The translations under genes and the position numbers were made by a program. A DNA stretch of 64,000 bases, from positions 1-64,000 of the IMG/VR virus record IMGVR_UViG_3300045988_138952. The stretch is one strand, 5' to 3'. The DNA is from a virus. The notes below the pieces were generated by a model that did not search any database, was not told the origin of the DNA, and worked only from the letters and a program-made list of their open reading frames with translations. Below are positions 1 through 9,012 of the stretch, in pieces (within the stretch, counting starts at the first letter, position 1; every line of letters starts with the position of its first letter).

Positions 1-699
1 ATCAACAGGATAGCGAGCAGCGAAAACGTGATTCAGTTCTTGCAGTCGCTACAACAGTCAGAGAAGCTGCCGCAAAAAAAAGAAAGGAACTTGAAGCAGA
101 GGGCGTTATTGAATAAATATCCTGACCCTGCACAATTCATACTTGATTACAATCCAGATTTGCAGTTCAAAATTGTCAGGTGTAAGGCGACTCACTCCGA
201 TTTAGCCATGAATTTTTCTATACCTACATTAGGATTATTGGCTTCGACTTATGGAGATGAAACTCCTTTAGAATGGTTGAAAATTCAATTCGGTACACTC
301 AATGACTTCGCAGAGGTATCTACCAAGATTGCTAAGGAGCAGCTTAATGAGTTAGCAGAGATATTTATTTCTGAGTATTATTACCTTAATGCAGCTGAGA
401 TATGCTTTTTCATTGCACGGTTTAAGTCTGGGAAATACGGACGATTCTATGGAGCTATAGACCCGATGAAGATTACAAGCGCTATGCTTGACTATATCAA
501 GGAACGCCGCATTGACATTGAGCGTTACGAACGTGAGCAATACCGACTACAGCGCCAAAAGGAGATAGAAGAGCGCGGTAGCAACGGAATTTCCTATGTC
601 GAGTATCTTGAACGTGAACGTAAGCTTGTGGAAAGTGGAGATGCAGAAGCCATGAAACGAGCGGCAAATCGTGTATGTAGTATCAGTTTACGTAAGTAG
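1..699 (+). CDS. hypothetical early-region protein, 5' end cut by window edge
   Basis: Frame open from nt 1 (track ORF begins at GTG 28); 223+ aa with Glu/Arg-rich coiled-coil-like tail; no motif I can name. Confidence 0.55.
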   Translation: MNRIASSENVIQFLQSLQQSEKLPQKKERNLKQRALLNKYPDPAQFILDYNPDLQFKIVRCKATHSDLAMNFSIPTLGLLASTYGDETPLEWLKIQFGTLNDFAEVSTKIAKEQLNELAEIFISEYYYLNAAEICFFIARFKSGKYGRFYGAIDPMKITSAMLDYIKERRIDIERYEREQYRLQRQKEIEERGSNGISYVEYLERERKLVESGDAEAMKRAANRVCSISLRK

Positions 700-726
700 T
701 GGCGAAAGCATAAATTTGACAATAAT

Positions 727-918
727 ATGAGACTTACAATATGTTGGACGACAAGAGGCAGGCAAAGACGCTTTTACTATGATATATGCAAAAAGTTTGG
801 CATATCGGATTACATGAGTGTTAATCATGAGACGCCATGCGATATAAGGGATGAAGATATGGAACTGTTAAAGGAATGCGAAAAACGAGGGTTTATCCAA
901 ATAAGAAACAAACGGTAA
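727..918 (+). CDS. small hypothetical protein (63 aa)
   Basis: Track ORF, same strand and tight spacing with neighbours. Confidence 0.35.
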   Translation: MRLTICWTTRGRQRRFYYDICKKFGISDYMSVNHETPCDIRDEDMELLKECEKRGFIQIRNKR

Positions 919-924
919 ATAATC

Positions 925-1092
925 ATGGACATAGAGATTGAAAAGAAAATCGAACAATTGGAATGGCAGCGTGACAATGCAATGCGCATACGCTGCCCGT
1001 TGGTGGCAAGGAAGTATCAGCGCATGATTGATGAACTTGCAAAAGAGAGCAAAAACAAGAATATGAACAAGGCAGAACAGGCAAGGCAATGA
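925..1092 (+). CDS. small coiled-coil protein (55 aa, below track cutoff)
   Basis: ATG 925; stop overlaps next start in ATGA at 1089-1092, suggesting translational coupling. Confidence 0.4.
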   Translation: MDIEIEKKIEQLEWQRDNAMRIRCPLVARKYQRMIDELAKESKNKNMNKAEQARQ

Positions 1093-1721
1093 CCACCGAC
1101 ACGGCAAATCAGATAATCAGCAAATATGAGAGTCTTGTAGTTCTGTGCACCTACAACATATTGCTCACGAACGACATCTGTTGCGGGCAGGTTATCGAGT
1201 GTCTGCATGCGATGAAGAGAACGCCTTATTACAAACAGGCATTCAAGCGGTATTTGAATGATGCCGATAAGGCAAGAAAGGAATACGAGCGTACTGTAAA
1301 CAGCGTTATCGGTTCAGACCAGAGCGAGTTTTTCGCCGACTGCAACGACAAGTATACGGAAGAAGTGAACAAGCACGTGGATATGTTGTATTGGCAATTC
1401 AAGCAGGTTCTTGACGATAACGGCATATCCCATTCCGCAGAGATTGCAAGGTTCGAACTTGCAAGGACATTGTGTGATTACGCCTGCATCCAGTTTGACG
1501 AAAGGATTAAAGAGCTTCGGAAGAAAGATGCACGGTTCAACGGGTTCACGTTGGAATATTTGAAGCTTTCAAATGTGGCAAGGATGATGAACCTTGCTTC
1601 CGATAGTTTGAAAATCGGGAAAACGGTCAATATGAACACAGAGCGGTGTACGGCGGCGTTTGATGTGCTGGTAAGAAAACTGTCGGATGCGGATAATATT
1701 GCCAACGCGATAAAAGTTTAG
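1089..1721 (+). CDS. hypothetical protein (210 aa)
   Basis: Track ORF, coupled to upstream ORF; no recognisable motif. Confidence 0.55.
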   Translation: MTTDTANQIISKYESLVVLCTYNILLTNDICCGQVIECLHAMKRTPYYKQAFKRYLNDADKARKEYERTVNSVIGSDQSEFFADCNDKYTEEVNKHVDMLYWQFKQVLDDNGISHSAEIARFELARTLCDYACIQFDERIKELRKKDARFNGFTLEYLKLSNVARMMNLASDSLKIGKTVNMNTERCTAAFDVLVRKLSDADNIANAIKV

Positions 1722-1809
1722 TGAGATGAAACCTATTTATAACCTTATAACTTTCCTCATGGACTGGCTCTCGGTAGAGGTTAGGGCGAATGAAGAGTGG
1801 TTCTGAATT

Positions 1810-3435
1810 ATGGAAATGAAGAAAAGCGAATTGACACACGGCTCTCTGTTTAGCGGCATTGGTGGCCCGGAAATAGCTGCCGAGATAATGGGCTGGAAAA
1901 ACGTGTTCCATTGTGAAATAAACCCGTTCGGGAGAAAAATACTTGATTATTGGTTTCCAAACAGCAAAAGTTATGAAGACATCACGAAAACAGATTTTAC
2001 AGAGTGGCGGGGAAAAATCAATGTCCTCACCGGAGGGTTCCCCTGCCAGCCTTTTTCTTGTGCCGGACAGAGAAAGGGAGCGGAAGATGACCGCTACCTC
2101 TGGCCGGAAATGCTACGAGCGATACGGGAGATTCAGCCCGATTGGGTTGTTGGTGAAAACGTTGCTGGAATCCTCTCGATGGTACAACCCGGCAGTGAAA
2201 CTGCGTTGGGACGTGAAAAATCTCTGTTCGGAGAGGTTGACCGAAAAAGAATATTGCATCGGCAGGAATACGTCGTCGAAACAGTGTGTAACGACCTTGA
2301 ACGTGAAGGATATTCCGTCCAACCGGTTGTTATTCCGGCTTGTGCCGTCGGAGCGCCGCACAGAAGGGATCGTGTCTTCTTTATTGCGAGAAGAATACAA
2401 GACAATAACAACAACATCGGGAGTGGATATACTTGTAGATTCGGAAGATTTTCCGTTTCTGAATCAATGGAAATGGAAGATAAACAATTCAGGGTATGTT
2501 TACAGAACAATCAGAGCGAAAGAAGATGGAAAGAAATGGAAGACTATCTTGATGCACAGATTGATTTGCTGTCCGAAGGAAAACGAGGAAGTGGACCATA
2601 TCAACAGATGCAAAACGGACAACAGAAAGCAAAATCTTCGGATATTAGCTCATTGGGAAAATCTTCACAATCGGAAGAAAGGTTCAGGAGTAAGGAAACC
2701 GAAGGGACGGAACAAATGGCATGCGATAATCTATGTGAACAGGAAAAGGATTCACCTCGGATTTTTCGATACAAAAGAGGAGGCGATGAATGCAAGGTTG
2801 AATGCGGAGAGAAAATTGTTGCCCACCGTGCAGATGCAGGGGTTGAAGGTATGCAACGAAAATGGGAAGAAAACATTCTATCCGGTAGAGCTGCTTCCGA
2901 CACCGACAGCCATAGATGGAGGGACGGGAAGAATCAACAAGTCACTATCGCCGAACGCAAAGGAACGGCCAACATTGGCACTTTCCGCGAAGATGGGGCT
3001 GCTTCCGACACCCATGGCGAGCGACATACACCATGCAAAGCGGGTGAAGGACTTGAAAAATGCAGGTGCAAAAACGATGGCGAGTCGAAGAAACGGAAGC
3101 AATCGTCCGAATGGACTAATGGATTTTCACGGAATGTTACCTACACCAACGGCAAGTTGCCACAATCCCGGAACGGCAAAGGACCGGAAAGACGGCAGTC
3201 CCCGGACATCAGAACTGAATCATTTGTGTGCCCGCCTGATTGGGAAAACTTCCCTACTCAATCCCCTGTTTGTAGCCGAGATGATGGGATTTCCACCAGA
3301 TTGGACGGTATTGCCTTTTCAAAGTGGCGGCAGGAATCGATAAAGGCATACGGCAATGCGATTTCACCACAGGTTATATATGAAATTTTTAGAGCAATAA
3401 ATATTGTAGAAAATGGAAGAATGGAAAACTATTGA
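1810..3435 (+). CDS. DNA (cytosine-5)-methyltransferase; only the N-terminal 200 aa and C-terminal 60 aa look like MTase in this frame
   Basis: Motif I FSGIGG, IV GGFPCQPFS, VI GENV, VIII HRRDRVFFIA (1810-2400); motif X YGNAISPQV near 3350-3380. The middle 280 aa is low-complexity E/K/R/G/S sequence. Confidence 0.8.
   Translation: MEMKKSELTHGSLFSGIGGPEIAAEIMGWKNVFHCEINPFGRKILDYWFPNSKSYEDITKTDFTEWRGKINVLTGGFPCQPFSCAGQRKGAEDDRYLWPEMLRAIREIQPDWVVGENVAGILSMVQPGSETALGREKSLFGEVDRKRILHRQEYVVETVCNDLEREGYSVQPVVIPACAVGAPHRRDRVFFIARRIQDNNNNIGSGYTCRFGRFSVSESMEMEDKQFRVCLQNNQSERRWKEMEDYLDAQIDLLSEGKRGSGPYQQMQNGQQKAKSSDISSLGKSSQSEERFRSKETEGTEQMACDNLCEQEKDSPRIFRYKRGGDECKVECGEKIVAHRADAGVEGMQRKWEENILSGRAASDTDSHRWRDGKNQQVTIAERKGTANIGTFREDGAASDTHGERHTPCKAGEGLEKCRCKNDGESKKRKQSSEWTNGFSRNVTYTNGKLPQSRNGKGPERRQSPDIRTESFVCPPDWENFPTQSPVCSRDDGISTRLDGIAFSKWRQESIKAYGNAISPQVIYEIFRAINIVENGRMENY
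1943..3343 (+). CDS. overlapping +1-frame ORF: HNH_3 + AP2 homing-endonuclease-like core, then three LLPTPxA repeats and an MGFPPDWT motif
   Basis: HNH: LMHRLI..VDHINRCKTDNRKQNLRILAHWENLHN. AP2-like: SGVRKPKGRNKWHAIIYVNRKRIHLGFFDTKEEA (core about 2423-2821, possible GTG start 2423). Then ELLPTPTAIDGG, GLLPTPMASD, GMLPTPTASC, LNPLFVAEMMGFPPDWT. True start unknown. Confidence 0.6.
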   Translation: MIIGFQTAKVMKTSRKQILQSGGEKSMSSPEGSPASLFLVPDRERERKMTATSGRKCYERYGRFSPIGLLVKTLLESSRWYNPAVKLRWDVKNLCSERLTEKEYCIGRNTSSKQCVTTLNVKDIPSNRLLFRLVPSERRTEGIVSSLLREEYKTITTTSGVDILVDSEDFPFLNQWKWKINNSGYVYRTIRAKEDGKKWKTILMHRLICCPKENEEVDHINRCKTDNRKQNLRILAHWENLHNRKKGSGVRKPKGRNKWHAIIYVNRKRIHLGFFDTKEEAMNARLNAERKLLPTVQMQGLKVCNENGKKTFYPVELLPTPTAIDGGTGRINKSLSPNAKERPTLALSAKMGLLPTPMASDIHHAKRVKDLKNAGAKTMASRRNGSNRPNGLMDFHGMLPTPTASCHNPGTAKDRKDGSPRTSELNHLCARLIGKTSLLNPLFVAEMMGFPPDWTVLPFQSGGRNR

Positions 3436-3504
3436 AGGAAATGAGGGAGATATATGGGAAGAAGAAGTACAAAATTTAGTGTTTTCAGACAATGAAGAGA
3501 AGTC

Positions 3505-3903
3505 ATGAGAAAAGCAGACAGAATAATCAGAGACAGACATTCCCGTATCCCGGACAAATACAAGAAGATTGACACTACGGTCAACGGGGATGTAGAAAGC
3601 CTTGCCGAACAACACAAGGAAGTGGAAAGAAGACTATTCCCTCTACGCCTTAACAAGACCACTGTTATTTACGTCACAAAAGACAAACAGAATGAAGCAT
3701 ATGCAGCGAAAGCACGTAAACGGATGGGGATAACAGAACCGAAGAAACCTTTTGTCGACCCACTTTCGGAAGAAAACATTACCAAGTTGTACAAGGAAGA
3801 AAAGATACCACCCCGCAGAATGGCTGAAATGTTGGATGTGAGTGTGAGGACGATATACCTAAGATTGGCTAAGTATGGACTTACAAAAGTTAAATGCAGA
3901 TAA
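3505..3903 (+). CDS. DNA-binding protein with C-terminal helix-turn-helix
   Basis: C-terminal RRMAEMLDVSVRTIYLRLAKYGL resembles sigma-70 region 4 / terminase-small type HTH. Confidence 0.5.
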   Translation: MRKADRIIRDRHSRIPDKYKKIDTTVNGDVESLAEQHKEVERRLFPLRLNKTTVIYVTKDKQNEAYAAKARKRMGITEPKKPFVDPLSEENITKLYKEEKIPPRRMAEMLDVSVRTIYLRLAKYGLTKVKCR

Positions 3904-3904
3904 T

Positions 3905-4057
3905 ATGAAAGAGAATAATATTTTAAACAAAGAGATTTATGCAGAGGCTATGATAGCAGCCTCTAAGGTTGATTTCCTTGAAAGCAAGGATGAGATTAAG
4001 ATGTATGCCACTTCGTTGTATAACGCGATGATATGGGGTAGAAAAGTAAAATATTAA
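3905..4057 (+). CDS. small hypothetical protein (50 aa)
   Basis: In-frame ATG 3905 just after upstream stop; the track ORF start 3875 would overlap the previous gene. Confidence 0.3.
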   Translation: MKENNILNKEIYAEAMIAASKVDFLESKDEIKMYATSLYNAMIWGRKVKY

Positions 4058-4088
4058 GTTTTTTATTTGGTGTTATAGAAATTAGAGG

Positions 4089-4096
4089 TATATTTG
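4089..4096 (+). promoter_or_regulatory. Bacteroides-type -7 promoter box TATATTTG
   Basis: Exact TAnnTTTG match in an intergenic region upstream of the antirepressor gene. Confidence 0.5.
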
Positions 4097-4129
4097 CAGC
4101 GTTCAACTTTTATCCAAAGGCAAGCGGAA

Positions 4130-4153
4130 GCCTGCCATAAGCGGGCATTTTTT
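4130..4153 (+). terminator. promoter-proximal intrinsic terminator inside a long-range inverted repeat
   Basis: GCCTGC-cataa-GCGGGC followed by T6. Flanked by arms 4101-4122 and 4220-4239 (11 bp + 6 bp complementary). Confidence 0.5.
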
Positions 4154-4333
4154 ATGCTTGCGAGTTTGACGCTACAATATAGTGGCTGCCACCCCCATAG
4201 GTATAGTTAATGCTATATCTGCCTTTGGATAGGTTGAACAATGGGACAGGGCAGCCTTTTTCTTTGCCCTATCCGAAAAGCCGGATATGGGCAGGCTACC
4301 AGCCCTATAATGCCAATAAAGTTCAATAAATCT

Positions 4334-5224
4334 ATGGCACAGTTAAATGGAAATTACTTAAACGGCACAAACATTGCTGTATTGGGTACGTCTGCTCACG
4401 AAACGAGCGAAATTATGGTTTACGAACACCCTCTATTCGGTAAAGTTCGCATGTTTATAAAAAATGAAAAGGCTTGGTTTTGCGGAATGGATATTGCAAC
4501 CTCTTTGCAGTATTCAAATACGCGTGACGCTATCGCAAGACACTGTAAATCACAGGGCGTCGTGATTCACGACGTCATAGATTCAATGGGAAGAACACAG
4601 CAAATGAAGTTTATCAGCGAAGGTAACATCTACCGGCTAACCGCCAAAAGCCAAATGCCGAAAGCTGATGAGTTTGAGAGTTGGATATTTGATGATGTTG
4701 TCCCGTCAGTAATTAATACCGGGAGCTATTCTCTCCAACCCCAACTTCCAAATTTCAATAATCCGGCAGAGTCTGCGCGGGCATGGGCGGACCAATACGA
4801 GAAGAACCAAATGCTTTCTTTAGAAGTAAAGAAGAAAGAAGAGGAAAAACAGGCTATCATAGAGGAAACAAAACCAGCTGTAATATTCAAAGACTGCGTG
4901 ACTGGCTCAGCTACAAACATTCTTGTAGGAGACCTCGCAAAACTCATTACCCAAAACGGATATAACATCGGAGAAATAAGGCTTTACGACTGGATGGTAG
5001 AGAACAAATACCTTATCAGAAAGCAAAGATACAGCAAGTCGAAGGATAAATACATAAATGACTATATGCCCACACAGCGGGCTATCGAAATGGGATTGTT
5101 CTTTGTAAGGGAAAGACCCATAGTGTCAGGTGATAGTCCCATATTCATAAAACATACATGTTATGTGACCGGGAGAGGACAAGTATATTTCTTGAATAAG
5201 TTTAAAACATTAATAGGAGCATAA
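4334..5224 (+). CDS. phage antirepressor, BRO-N domain plus KilAC/ANT C-terminal domain
   Basis: N-terminal FGKVRMFIKNEKAWFCGMDIATSLQYSNTRDAIARHC (BRO-N like). C-terminal LAKLITQNGYNIGEIRLYDWMVENKYLI..TQRAIEMGLF (KilAC like). Start may instead be 4241. Confidence 0.8.
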   Translation: MAQLNGNYLNGTNIAVLGTSAHETSEIMVYEHPLFGKVRMFIKNEKAWFCGMDIATSLQYSNTRDAIARHCKSQGVVIHDVIDSMGRTQQMKFISEGNIYRLTAKSQMPKADEFESWIFDDVVPSVINTGSYSLQPQLPNFNNPAESARAWADQYEKNQMLSLEVKKKEEEKQAIIEETKPAVIFKDCVTGSATNILVGDLAKLITQNGYNIGEIRLYDWMVENKYLIRKQRYSKSKDKYINDYMPTQRAIEMGLFFVRERPIVSGDSPIFIKHTCYVTGRGQVYFLNKFKTLIGA

Positions 5225-5226
5225 TT

Positions 5227-6072
5227 ATGAAAAGAGATGCAAGAACTCCGTTTTATGACATTATGTGCAGGGTAGAAGAAGATTGTACCTTAGCTATCTA
5301 TTTTAATAAAGTTATTAACGAACTCGATATAGTAAAGATATTATTTGCTCCAAAAACATTTGAAGATACCAAGGAAGAAAATAGAGACTTTGCTGAACGG
5401 TTTTATCAGAGTTGTTTATGGGAACTGTGGTTTTATCGCTCTTTATCAAGGCTTCATGAATGGGATGATACCCTCAATAAATACTTTTCTGAATACGAAG
5501 GGAAGTGGGAATTTTATGCTTGTTCAAAAAGACTTGAAGCTATCAAGGAATATGGAGGTGAAGAAACTGATTACAATGAGGACGGTAGCATAAAAACGTT
5601 AAGCCTAACTGAAGATGATTTGAGGTATCATACAGTTCTTGGCGAAATGGTGCAAGATGATTGGAGGGATATTGTGCAAGAAACTACCTGTGCCGATTTA
5701 CAGTACATGATTTCTTGTTTGAAAACTCATGCAAGTTTTTCTTTATCCGATGCTTTTAAGGAATGTTTCGGAAAAGAAATTGCTACTTATAAGCAAGATG
5801 AAAACGGCAATATGGTTCCAATGAGTTTTGCGGATAAGGCTATGGATAAGGCAGTAGAGCAATATACGGCTGACGGAATGGCTATTGGTATTACATTGGT
5901 TTGCGAATTTATCCAACGCATAATCAGGGATATTAGGGCAATGGATAAGTTCAGTGACAATAGAGACAAACTTATCCAAATACACAAGGACGTAAGAAAT
6001 ATCCTTGATTTTAACCTCGATGAAGTTTCCTATGTAGAGGAAATGCTCGAAGAGGAACGTAAAAACAAATAA
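5227..6072 (+). CDS. acidic hypothetical protein (281 aa)
   Basis: Track ORF, D/E rich, 3 nt after upstream stop. Confidence 0.6.
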   Translation: MKRDARTPFYDIMCRVEEDCTLAIYFNKVINELDIVKILFAPKTFEDTKEENRDFAERFYQSCLWELWFYRSLSRLHEWDDTLNKYFSEYEGKWEFYACSKRLEAIKEYGGEETDYNEDGSIKTLSLTEDDLRYHTVLGEMVQDDWRDIVQETTCADLQYMISCLKTHASFSLSDAFKECFGKEIATYKQDENGNMVPMSFADKAMDKAVEQYTADGMAIGITLVCEFIQRIIRDIRAMDKFSDNRDKLIQIHKDVRNILDFNLDEVSYVEEMLEEERKNK

Positions 6073-6202
6073 CATCAAGCTTTGCTCGCTTTATAAACGA
6101 GGTGGGCAAGCTTTATTCAATTCGTTCCCAAACTACAAAATTATAGTTTGGCTGATTTACAACGAATTACATTTTAAATAAAAGACTAAACAAATATTCA
6201 TC

Positions 6203-6436
6203 ATGGAAAGAAATACAACACCCGCTAAGAAGAAATACGACCTTAGCGCAATAGACGAATTATTCAAAGACTGCATATCTCCCGAAGAATTACGGGAAGA
6301 GCTTATTGAACTGGCTTTTGATTATGTGCAATACGTAGATGACGGGAATACAGATTTTGTCAAATCGAACATGAGCACCATATATGTATTGTGCTGTGCC
6401 CTACAAAAAGTAAAAGAATTAGAGACACCAAGCTAA
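6203..6436 (+). CDS. hypothetical protein (77 aa)
   Basis: Track ORF followed by inverted repeat CCAATGGA..TCCATTGG (6468-6510). Confidence 0.5.
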   Translation: MERNTTPAKKKYDLSAIDELFKDCISPEELREELIELAFDYVQYVDDGNTDFVKSNMSTIYVLCCALQKVKELETPS

Positions 6437-6568
6437 TACCCTCACCAAAACAGCAAGCGGTATAATCCAATGGAGAACCCGTTCAAAGCGTTCTAAACGT
6501 TCCATTGGATAACCCGGAAAAGGCGGCAATAGTCCATGTAAAGGACATTGTCCGCCAATTCAAGCAGT

Positions 6569-6739
6569 TCATCTATGTAATCCCTTTTTCGCATCACGTT
6601 CAAGTTTTCTACGTTGTTGGCGGTTTATACCATTTGCTATGGCAAGGCTGTTCAGCGTCTCTTTCTGTTCGGGAGAAAGCATGTTATATATTTCTTCCCG
6701 TGATTTGCCTGATAAAATGGCTTGTACTATTTTCCACAT
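6569..6739 (-). CDS. small basic protein (56 aa, below track cutoff)
   Basis: ATG 6739 overlaps the stop of the upstream minus-strand gene by 13 nt (6727-6739); hand translation MWKIVQAILSGKSREEIYNMLSPEQKETL... Confidence 0.35.
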   Translation of the reverse strand: MWKIVQAILSGKSREEIYNMLSPEQKETLNSLAIANGINRQQRRKLERDAKKGLHR

Positions 6740-7149
6740 AAGCTACGTCTACAATGTTCACACAAAAATTTCTTCGCTACCGGGAACATCTTCTGTCCCA
6801 CATATCCGCTAAGGTACTGCGCCTCTTCTCCATACGGGTCGATGCCGAACGCCCGTGAGATATGCCGGCATAGATGCCCCTTTTCATGGTCGAAAGAGTT
6901 CTGAAACTCTGCCGGGGAAGAGGTAAGGGCTATAACCATTACGGTTTGCCTGTTTCGGATATTGGAGTAAGTGATACCCGTATTCAGATTGCAGGAGCGC
7001 ATGTTCTTATAGGCATTCACCAAATCCAGCCCCCTGCATCCCACCCGCTGAAGGTCAGCGATGATACGGTCGGTATAATAGCAGTCCACCGCATAATATA
7101 CACGCACTTTCCAATCATAATCCGGTATGTAAAATTCCTGTATTATCAT
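6727..7149 (-). CDS. small HExxH metallopeptidase-like protein (140 aa)
   Basis: HEKGH motif; same layout as ORF 27599-27991 (HEIFH). Confidence 0.55.
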   Translation of the reverse strand: MIIQEFYIPDYDWKVRVYYAVDCYYTDRIIADLQRVGCRGLDLVNAYKNMRSCNLNTGITYSNIRNRQTVMVIALTSSPAEFQNSFDHEKGHLCRHISRAFGIDPYGEEAQYLSGYVGQKMFPVAKKFLCEHCRRSLCGK

Positions 7150-7152
7150 AGG

Positions 7153-7572
7153 CTACATCATCTGTTCCCACATGATAGGATTGCCGGAGCCTATGCAGTC
7201 GGCATAGAACCGTGTGAAAGGCATTCCATTGTAAGCGTCCACATCATCTATGTAATCCTTAATGAACAATGCGAGATGGGCTTCGTCAGTGATAGAACTT
7301 TTGTAGTAATCCGACTTCGCCATGTTTGCCACGTAAACGCTGTCGTACCCTGCGTCCTTCTCCAAGTTTATACTGTACTTTTTAAGAAGTTCCTCTACCT
7401 GCTCTTTGCTGATTGGTTCAAGTTTTTCCTCCTTGCCCGTAGATTTGTTTTCCATCTTCATGCGGGAAACAGCCCATAGGCACATCTTCTTGCTGAAATG
7501 CCATCCGTACTGGCTGAGATAGTCAGCCATTGCAGGCGGTATTCTGTCGTATGTATCTAATCTTTGTTTCAT
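7153..7572 (-). CDS. hypothetical protein (139 aa)
   Basis: Track ORF, 3-nt spacing to downstream gene. Confidence 0.6.
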   Translation of the reverse strand: MKQRLDTYDRIPPAMADYLSQYGWHFSKKMCLWAVSRMKMENKSTGKEEKLEPISKEQVEELLKKYSINLEKDAGYDSVYVANMAKSDYYKSSITDEAHLALFIKDYIDDVDAYNGMPFTRFYADCIGSGNPIMWEQMM

Positions 7573-7623
7573 ATTTTCCTGATTTTAAGTGATTGGCAAA
7601 AGAGGGGAATAATCCCCTCTCCA

Positions 7624-7956
7624 TTACATAAACTCTCCGTTGGCGCGTCTGCGTCTGCGTTCGCCCATATCATCACCGTAAGGCTGTGAATCGCGGCGTT
7701 CGTTGTAAACCGGATATTCCGGGAAGTAACCCGGCATACGACGTTCTCCCATATCCGAGCCGCCGCTATAGCTTCCACCGCGTGAACCACCGCTGTTACG
7801 ATAGCCCATTTCACCGCCCTGCATCTCACGCATGGCTTTCTCGTAACCATGACGACAACCCTCTCTATAGGCTTCTTCCATAGGATTACCGCCTCTCATA
7901 CCGAAGTCACGGTCATATTCTCCGCGTCCTTCTTCCAATATTTCCCACATTCCCAT
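7624..7956 (-). CDS. Gly/Arg-rich hypothetical protein
   Basis: ATG 7956 lies 1 nt after the upstream stop (7958); repeated MGERR motif, low complexity. Confidence 0.5.
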   Translation of the reverse strand: MGMWEILEEGRGEYDRDFGMRGGNPMEEAYREGCRHGYEKAMREMQGGEMGYRNSGGSRGGSYSGGSDMGERRMPGYFPEYPVYNERRDSQPYGDDMGERRRRRANGEFM

Positions 7957-7957
7957 A

Positions 7958-8500
7958 TTATTTCTTTGTTTTAGATGTTTCAGCAACTCCGAGCTGTTCC
8001 ATAAGCCGTTTGTTCAAATCCATAAGGTCGGACATATTTTTGCTCATTTCTGCCATTTGCCCTTTCAGAGAGGATATTTCCTGTTCCTGACGTTGTTTCT
8101 CTGCAAATTCGGGGTTCAAGAGCGTCAGCATCTTGTCACATCCCGCAATGACGGAATTGTGGAAGTCCATGCTGTTGATGATGTCTATGCTTTTCTGTTT
8201 CATAGAAGCGACCTCGTTATTCATCGCATCACGAGAGCATGACACTACGATATTGCCGTTCTGTCCGAAGTCGGCTATATCCATGCCGGCAGGTAGATTT
8301 TGGAAAGTCGTGTTCTGCCCGTTGATACAGACAACGACATCCACAACCATTTCCATTTGGGGCAACTGTCCCATAGGGGATGCCATAGGATATTTCGGCT
8401 TAGGAGCGGAAACGCTGACTACCGGACCGTATTCGATAAACGGGTTAGCATCCTTATGAAGTATATACAACTGGTTATTGGTACGAAGTGATTGAAACAT
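7958..8500 (-). CDS. hypothetical protein with C-terminal coiled coil (180 aa)
   Basis: Track ORF. Confidence 0.6.
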   Translation of the reverse strand: MFQSLRTNNQLYILHKDANPFIEYGPVVSVSAPKPKYPMASPMGQLPQMEMVVDVVVCINGQNTTFQNLPAGMDIADFGQNGNIVVSCSRDAMNNEVASMKQKSIDIINSMDFHNSVIAGCDKMLTLLNPEFAEKQRQEQEISSLKGQMAEMSKNMSDLMDLNKRLMEQLGVAETSKTKK

Positions 8501-8566
8501 ATTGGTTTGATTTTAAAGGGGTGTGGCTATTCCCATTTTGGAAATAACCACAAAGCCCCATGTTAA

Positions 8567-8989
8567 CTACTTGCTCTTTTGAGCGGTTGCTTCTGCTGTC
8601 GGAGTCGGTGTCGATGCGGTTGTCGGACGATACCCACCGTTAACAAGGAACAGTTCGTTGGTGTACTTGTTATAGTGGATTTCGTAGATACCCGTTCCGG
8701 CAAGGTTGCCGACAGTCACCGGCTCATTGTTGTAAGCCAGCAACGGTCTTGTATCCCCATTAGTCCCTATCAGTATCGGGAGTGTAGCAGTCGTACCGGC
8801 AGGTATCGCCTGGCGGAGACTGACATAGAAACCGCCTACATAGCTTCTGTTACGGAACGCATGGTTAGGCAGCTCTAAAGTCACGTTCTCCGTGCCGACC
8901 GTTACGGCTACCGTAGGAAGGGTATTGAAATTAGCCCTTCCAATAGTAGGGAACAAGAAAGGAAATCCTGTAAAAAAGTTAGGCCACAT
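8567..8989 (-). CDS. hypothetical protein, possibly structural (140 aa)
   Basis: Track ORF; beta-rich sequence with Thr/Pro/Ala tail. Confidence 0.55.
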   Translation of the reverse strand: MWPNFFTGFPFLFPTIGRANFNTLPTVAVTVGTENVTLELPNHAFRNRSYVGGFYVSLRQAIPAGTTATLPILIGTNGDTRPLLAYNNEPVTVGNLAGTGIYEIHYNKYTNELFLVNGGYRPTTASTPTPTAEATAQKSK

Positions 8990-9012
8990 AATTACCCCCT
9001 TTCTTACCGGAA

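Noticed and set aside
4241-4333. Track start ATG 4241 for the antirepressor
   Set aside because: The first 31 residues precede the BRO-N homology and overlap hairpin-forming leader sequence. ATG 4334 (MAQLNGNY...) is the more plausible start, though 4241 is not excluded.
6874-7850. Long antisense ORFs 6874-7479 (+), 7569-7850 (-) and 7686-7883 (+)
   Set aside because: They overlap better-supported minus-strand genes with tight operon spacing, and their translations are compositionally odd.
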